Assembly: GCA_012719355.1 (NCBI GenBank)
Contig: JAAYAM010000077.1
Span: forward strand, 25,383 to 89,382
Reading direction: 5' to 3'
Source of the DNA: Acidobacteriota bacterium
Lineage (GTDB): Bacteria; Acidobacteriota; UBA6911
DNA: 64,000 bases
Shown here: one piece after another, positions 59,815 to 64,000 of the stretch
Numbering within the stretch: the stretch's first letter is position 1
Layout: each line of letters starts with the position of its first letter
Translations under genes and position numbers: made by a program
Notes under the pieces: model-generated
What the model was told of the DNA's origin: nothing
Seen by the model: the letters and a program-made list of their open reading frames with translations, nothing else
Database searches by the model: none

Positions 59815-60408
59815 TCAGCGGGGATTGTAGAATTCACGGCGGTCAAGAACGCCGTTCCTGTTGCGGTCGAGCCTGTCAAAAACGGACGTCGAGTCAAGCC
59901 ATTCGGAGCGAGTTATGATCCCGTCTCCATTCAAATCGAGATTTTCGAATCTTTCGTTCCACCATCTCGCTTTTCTTGAAAGGAATTCCTCGCGGCTGAG
60001 CACTCCATCGCGGTTTGAATCGATGTACTGGAAATCCACGGCTTTCCCCGGCCATTCCTCGGGCTCAATCAGATCGCTGGTATTGGCGTCGAGGCGTTCG
60101 AACGCGGCCAGCCTTCCATGATCGGCATCGTCCACTTCTTCCTCGTCAACTCTCAGAGACAAACGAAGCTCTTCCAGTGAGAGCTGTCCGTCATTGTCCT
60201 TGTCGTGATCGGTGAAGAACCTTTCCCATTCATCCCGCGAGACGAAGCCATCCCGGGTCGTATCCATCCGCCATGACAATTCGAAGCCCGCCTGATCCGG
60301 GTCACCCGGCTGCAGGCTCTGGCCTGCCGCGGCGCACACCGAAACCGCAAAAACCAGCGTAAGCATGGAAAGGAAGGTGGCACTTTTCATCATCTTGTCT
60401 CCATCCAA
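59815..60408 (-). CDS. secreted EF-hand calcium-binding repeat protein
   Basis: Signal peptide; four DxDxDG-type loops (DTTRDGFVSRDE, DKDNDGQLSLEE, DSNRDGVLSREE, DLNGDGIITRSE, DRNRNGVLDRRE). Confidence 0.7.
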   Translation of the reverse strand: MDGDKMMKSATFLSMLTLVFAVSVCAAAGQSLQPGDPDQAGFELSWRMDTTRDGFVSRDEWERFFTDHDKDNDGQLSLEELRLSLRVDEEEVDDADHGRLAAFERLDANTSDLIEPEEWPGKAVDFQYIDSNRDGVLSREEFLSRKARWWNERFENLDLNGDGIITRSEWLDSTSVFDRLDRNRNGVLDRREFYNPR

Positions 60409-60631
60409 GGAAGAAAGCTCGTCATCATCCAGACCGCCACGGTATATGGATCAATCATAGCAGTTTTTGGGCCGCGATAAGTTCAGTATATTCGAGCTTT
60501 CCTCTCCCTTTGTGATCACATCTTCTATATCCTTGCCGTTTTTGGTTCGGACCGACAGTTTTTTCAGATTTTCTCTGCCGAACTGTCGCAAGGATGCCGA
60601 ATAGGTGGTGAAGGAGTTGGAAACATAGGCA

Positions 60632-61354
60632 ATGAGTGAAGACCATCCGAGGGACTGGAAAAATCTCGATCTGACAGCTGCGTGTCGGATACTGGAGAAT
60701 GCGGGACGGCGGGATCCCGCAAGCGTCAGCAAAGACCCGTCCGAGCAGCTCCAGTACATCATCAATTCTCTCTGCGATCTGTCGGTGCATGACGGACTCA
60801 CAGGCCTGGTCAACGCCACCTTCTTCCATGCAGTCCTGAACAGAGAAATCGAGCGCAGCATGCGCACCGCCGGGACCTGTGGATTGATGGTGATTGATAT
60901 CGATCATTTCAAGAACGTAAATGACACGTACGGCCATAGCGTCGGGGACAAGGTGATCCAATCCGTGGCAGCTCAGATGAAGAAAAGCATGAGAAGCATG
61001 GATACGGCCGCTCGCATCGGCGGTGAGGAGTTCGCAATCATATTGCCCGACTGTACCCCGGAAGATGCTCTGAAGGCTGCAACCAGGATACACGCTTCGC
61101 TCAACCCATTTACCGCAACCATCGATGACATCGTCCTGAAACTCACGACGAGCGTAGGACTGGTATGGACGGACCCGAACGCAACGTCGATCACGTCGTC
61201 GGTAATGCTTTCCCTGGCCGACCAGGAAATGTACATGGCCAAACGGTCCGGCAGGGGGCGTATGTGTTACAGGCATACAGAGCCGATTTTCGTCTCGAGC
61301 CATGAAAAGTCTGCATTGATGAACATCAGTTTCGAGGAACGGTTGAATGGGTAG
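60632..61354 (+). CDS. GGDEF-domain diguanylate cyclase
   Basis: HDGLTGLVNATFF...RIGGEEFAIIL: intact GGEEF active site and I-site-like RxxD context. About 60 aa N-terminal region of unknown function. Confidence 0.8.
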   Translation: MSEDHPRDWKNLDLTAACRILENAGRRDPASVSKDPSEQLQYIINSLCDLSVHDGLTGLVNATFFHAVLNREIERSMRTAGTCGLMVIDIDHFKNVNDTYGHSVGDKVIQSVAAQMKKSMRSMDTAARIGGEEFAIILPDCTPEDALKAATRIHASLNPFTATIDDIVLKLTTSVGLVWTDPNATSITSSVMLSLADQEMYMAKRSGRGRMCYRHTEPIFVSSHEKSALMNISFEERLNG

Positions 61355-62150
61355 CGAGCGGAAAAGGGCCCGCCGATACGCATTACTGAGCGGAAAAGGG
61401 GGCGTCGGCAAATCGATCATCACGGCCAATCTCGCGGCAACACTGTCGACCTTCGGCCGCAGAATACTGGTCATTGACGCAGATCTGGGTCTCGCAAGCC
61501 TCGATGTCATACTCGGTATCACGCCCGTTTCCACAATACAGGAGTCATTTCGTGGGGAGCAGTCGATCGAACAGGTCCTGCAGTCCACCAGGGGGTTCGA
61601 TTTCGTTCCGGCGGCTTCAGGTCTGCCGGAGGGGACGGTCCTGACCGAACGTCTCACAGCCGGTGTGGAATCAGCCATTGCTGCACTCGAAGAGCGTTAT
61701 GATGCGATCTTGTTCGATGCCGGAGCCGGGATAGGAGACGTGGTCATGTTCTTTGCAGGCCTGGCGGATGAAATCATGCTCGTGGTCACTCCGGAACCAA
61801 CCTGCCTGATGGACACCTACGCCACCATCAAAGTCCTTTACCATACCCATGGAACAAGAGACTTCCTTCTCGTCGTGAATCAATCCGGGCCATCACCGGC
61901 TTCTGCAGACGCAGGTGAACGGATTGCGGCTCACCTGCAGGAAGTCATCTCATCTCACTTCGAGAGTCAGGAAACCGATCCCGTGCGGATACGGCTTGCA
62001 GGCTCCATTCCGGTTGATACCGCGGTGAAACATTCTGTCATGCGACGCCGGCTCCTTGGGGAGACGAACCCTGACGCGCCCGCAACACGGGCTCTGACGC
62101 GTCTGGCGGCTTTCATTGATGCCGCCATCCGGAACCGGAAGACACCGTAG
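61347..62150 (+). CDS. MinD/ParA-family P-loop ATPase (FlhG/BcsQ-like)
   Basis: Deviant Walker A LSGKGGVGKS, switch regions. Overlaps the GGDEF stop by 8 nt. Confidence 0.8.
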   Translation: MGSERKRARRYALLSGKGGVGKSIITANLAATLSTFGRRILVIDADLGLASLDVILGITPVSTIQESFRGEQSIEQVLQSTRGFDFVPAASGLPEGTVLTERLTAGVESAIAALEERYDAILFDAGAGIGDVVMFFAGLADEIMLVVTPEPTCLMDTYATIKVLYHTHGTRDFLLVVNQSGPSPASADAGERIAAHLQEVISSHFESQETDPVRIRLAGSIPVDTAVKHSVMRRRLLGETNPDAPATRALTRLAAFIDAAIRNRKTP

Positions 62151-62242
62151 TCATGTTAAATCTCTTCTTCGATGGGGAGATTTCATCGCACCTGGTGTAA
62201 TATTGTTTTCGTCTTGAAAATCATCTTTCCTGGGGAACAAAC

Positions 62243-62803
62243 TTGGATAAAGACGGCCAGGCTCCGCTCAATGATGAAACCGCCCTCGCGCTGCTGAATC
62301 GGATCGGGGAAGGCGATCGATCAGCGCTGATGACGCTGTACGACAGGACGAGTCCGCTCCTCTTCGGACTTGCGGTGAGGATTCTGGGCGACAGGAGTAC
62401 GGCAGAAGAAGTGCTCCTGAACCTTTATACGGGCATCTGGAAGCATGCGGCCTCATACGATGGCGGAGTCCCGGTTCTGGATTGGCTGATGGCGATGGGC
62501 CACGACATGGCGGCGGCCCGGATCGAACGGAATCGACAGGTAAAGAATGATCCGTCGAAGGGAGAGGTCGAAAAGCGTGTCGCACCTGACCGGCAGACTC
62601 TTGCGCAGTCATGTATGGAATCGCTGGTTCCGCTCCAGAGAGAAATCCTTGAGCTTGCGTATTTCTCCGGTATGAGCTCCGATGAGATAGCTGCACTGAC
62701 CGGAAGACCGCTCGGAGCGGTGAAGACGCATGCCAGGCTCGGACTGACAGCATTGAGTGAGTCGCTGCAGAAAGAGAACATGGCTGACGGAGGGAAAGAG
62801 TGA
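62243..62803 (+). CDS. ECF-family RNA polymerase sigma factor (SigK-like)
   Basis: Region 2 (ALMTLYDRTSPLLFGLAVRILGD) and region 4 (LQREILELAYFSGMSSDEIAALTGRPLGAVKTHARLG). Confidence 0.8.
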   Translation: MDKDGQAPLNDETALALLNRIGEGDRSALMTLYDRTSPLLFGLAVRILGDRSTAEEVLLNLYTGIWKHAASYDGGVPVLDWLMAMGHDMAAARIERNRQVKNDPSKGEVEKRVAPDRQTLAQSCMESLVPLQREILELAYFSGMSSDEIAALTGRPLGAVKTHARLGLTALSESLQKENMADGGKE

Positions 62804-63675
62804 GGCACGAACGCGCTACTGAAGAGCTGAGGGAGACGGCATCGCTGTACGCGCTCGGAGCCCTTACCCAGCACGAAGCCTGCAGCCTCGAGATCCACAT
62901 GAAGGAAGGCTGCTCTACATGTGAGGCCGAGGTAAGGAGATTCAGACGCGCCGCTGTCACTATTGGGTTCGCGGTCGACGAAATAGCGCCACCCGATTAC
63001 ATCCACGACCTTCTCTCGGCCCGTATCGAGCGCGAAACGCAGAATCCTGCGCCCTCCAGGCAACCGAATCCACCGGCAAAGGAGACTAATGCCTCCGTGC
63101 CATCCTCTCTGTTCAGACAACCTGAAAAGGAAAGACACTCCATTTTTGCGTGGGTTTTGGTGGCGGCTCTGGTAGTGGCCGCAGCCGTTGCCGGCTATTC
63201 ATGGAAGATTGAGCAGGACAGAACTGTCCGGCTGTCGAATGAGCTGGCGACTTCCCGCTCGGATATGGCAGATCTCCAGAGTTTACTGGACAGCCGCAAG
63301 TCAAGAATCGAGGAGTTGGAGCAGCTGCTCAAGTCGCTGAGTAAGCCCGGAAGCCGCCTGGCGCATCTCAAGGGACAGCCTGCCGCACCCGAACCGATGG
63401 GAGCGCTCGTGTGGGATCGGGAACTCAACGAGTGTCTGGTTGTTGGAGCATTTCCCGAGCCGCCGGAAGGAAAGACATACCAATTCTGGTTTCTGCCGAC
63501 CGGACAGACGATACCTGCAGGAATTCTGCAGATAAATCCTGCCGGGACCACGATGGTCAGGTTCGCCATCCCGGAACAAGCCGGGAATGCCTCATCAGCA
63601 ATTCTCACGATCGAGCCGGAGTCGGGCTCTTCAGCCCCCACATTCCCCTATTACGCGCTCGGACGCTTCGATTAG
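62800..63675 (+). CDS. anti-sigma factor, RskA-like (zinc-binding ASD + TM + periplasmic domain)
   Basis: HEACSLEIHMKEGCSTCEAE zinc anti-sigma motif, one TM (IFAWVLVAALVVAAAVAGY) and a C-terminal RskA-type domain. ATGA overlap with the sigma gene. Confidence 0.7.
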   Translation: MRHERATEELRETASLYALGALTQHEACSLEIHMKEGCSTCEAEVRRFRRAAVTIGFAVDEIAPPDYIHDLLSARIERETQNPAPSRQPNPPAKETNASVPSSLFRQPEKERHSIFAWVLVAALVVAAAVAGYSWKIEQDRTVRLSNELATSRSDMADLQSLLDSRKSRIEELEQLLKSLSKPGSRLAHLKGQPAAPEPMGALVWDRELNECLVVGAFPEPPEGKTYQFWFLPTGQTIPAGILQINPAGTTMVRFAIPEQAGNASSAILTIEPESGSSAPTFPYYALGRFD

Positions 63676-63758
63676 AACTCCGGGGCTTTCACCCAGATAG
63701 CACTTTAAATATTGGGCAAAGCTCGATATTCTCTCTCGTTTACGGAGGAGGATTCTGA

Positions 63759-64000
63759 GATGCCTGTATATGATCCCCGTGCTCTTGAAGCTAAATGGCA
63801 GGAGTACTGGGAACGCCACAAGACCTTCAGTGCGGAAGACAAAAGCTCCAAACCCAAATTGTATGTACTCGATATGTTCCCCTATCCTTCGGGAGAAGGA
63901 CTGCACGTCGGCCACCCTGAAGGGTACAGCGCAACCGACATGTACTGCCGCTTTCAGCGGATGAGAGGGTACAACGTCCTGCACCCGATGGGCTACGATG
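63759..64000 (+). CDS. leuS: leucyl-tRNA synthetase, N-terminal fragment (continues past the window)
   Basis: [23 protein letters not shown]...[26 protein letters not shown] contains the class I HIGH motif (HVGH). RBS ggaggagg 8 nt upstream. A different frame is listed in the ORF track. Confidence 0.9.

Overview
This is a gene-dense chromosomal segment from a high-GC (about 60%) bacterium, roughly 64 kb long. The many secreted proteins and the Bat/MoxR operon are compatible with an environmental Gram-negative such as an Acidobacteriota-like lineage, but the phylum cannot be fixed from sequence alone. I can support about 53 protein-coding genes on both strands. I found no rRNA, tRNA, CRISPR array, transposase or integrase, and no obvious island-scale compositional break.

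Gene content, in order:
- Histidine and lysine biosynthesis: hisC (partial), hisD, dapF, lysA.
- Proteolysis and stress: a secreted Xaa-Pro aminopeptidase, an M14 carboxypeptidase, a CocE/NonD hydrolase, an HExxH lipoprotein metallopeptidase, a standalone LON N-domain protein, OsmC, thioredoxin-2, a ferritin-like protein and a c-type cytochrome.
- DNA metabolism: dinB and rho.
- Transport and metal homeostasis: an MFS transporter, feoB followed by a DtxR/IdeR-family repressor, and a CopA-type Cu-ATPase.
- A catabolic cluster: acyl-CoA dehydrogenase, ALDH7-type aminoadipate-semialdehyde dehydrogenase, a homoserine-dehydrogenase-family enzyme, an SDR, an acyl-CoA ligase, proline dehydrogenase and an acyl-CoA carboxyltransferase.
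- A complete MoxR / DUF58 / DUF4381-like / BatA / BatB-C / BatD-E aerotolerance-type operon with 4-nt start/stop overlaps.
- The hopanoid radical-SAM gene hpnH.
- Signalling genes: an HD-GYP response regulator, a GGDEF cyclase translationally coupled to a MinD/ParA ATPase, an ECF sigma factor with an RskA-like anti-sigma, an RpoH-like sigma factor, and an orphan STAS protein.
- leuS (partial).

The most interesting locus is a tight minus-strand operon at 51456-56872. It encodes a beta-CASP metallo-beta-lactamase nuclease, an SbcD/Mre11-like phosphoesterase and an SbcC/Rad50-like ATPase. In the ATPase, the position where the zinc hook would sit is occupied by a transmembrane hairpin. This is a YhaO/YhaN-like module in which a beta-CASP nuclease takes the place of the usual third partner. 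An unusual AAA+ ATPase converges on this operon.

Other points worth a second look:
- Two paralogous secreted TPR-like proteins about 20 kb apart.
- A standalone LigD phosphoesterase domain.
- A near-consensus promoter placed so that the RpoH-like sigma mRNA could be leaderless.
- A textbook rho terminator that overlaps the ORF-track start of moxR.
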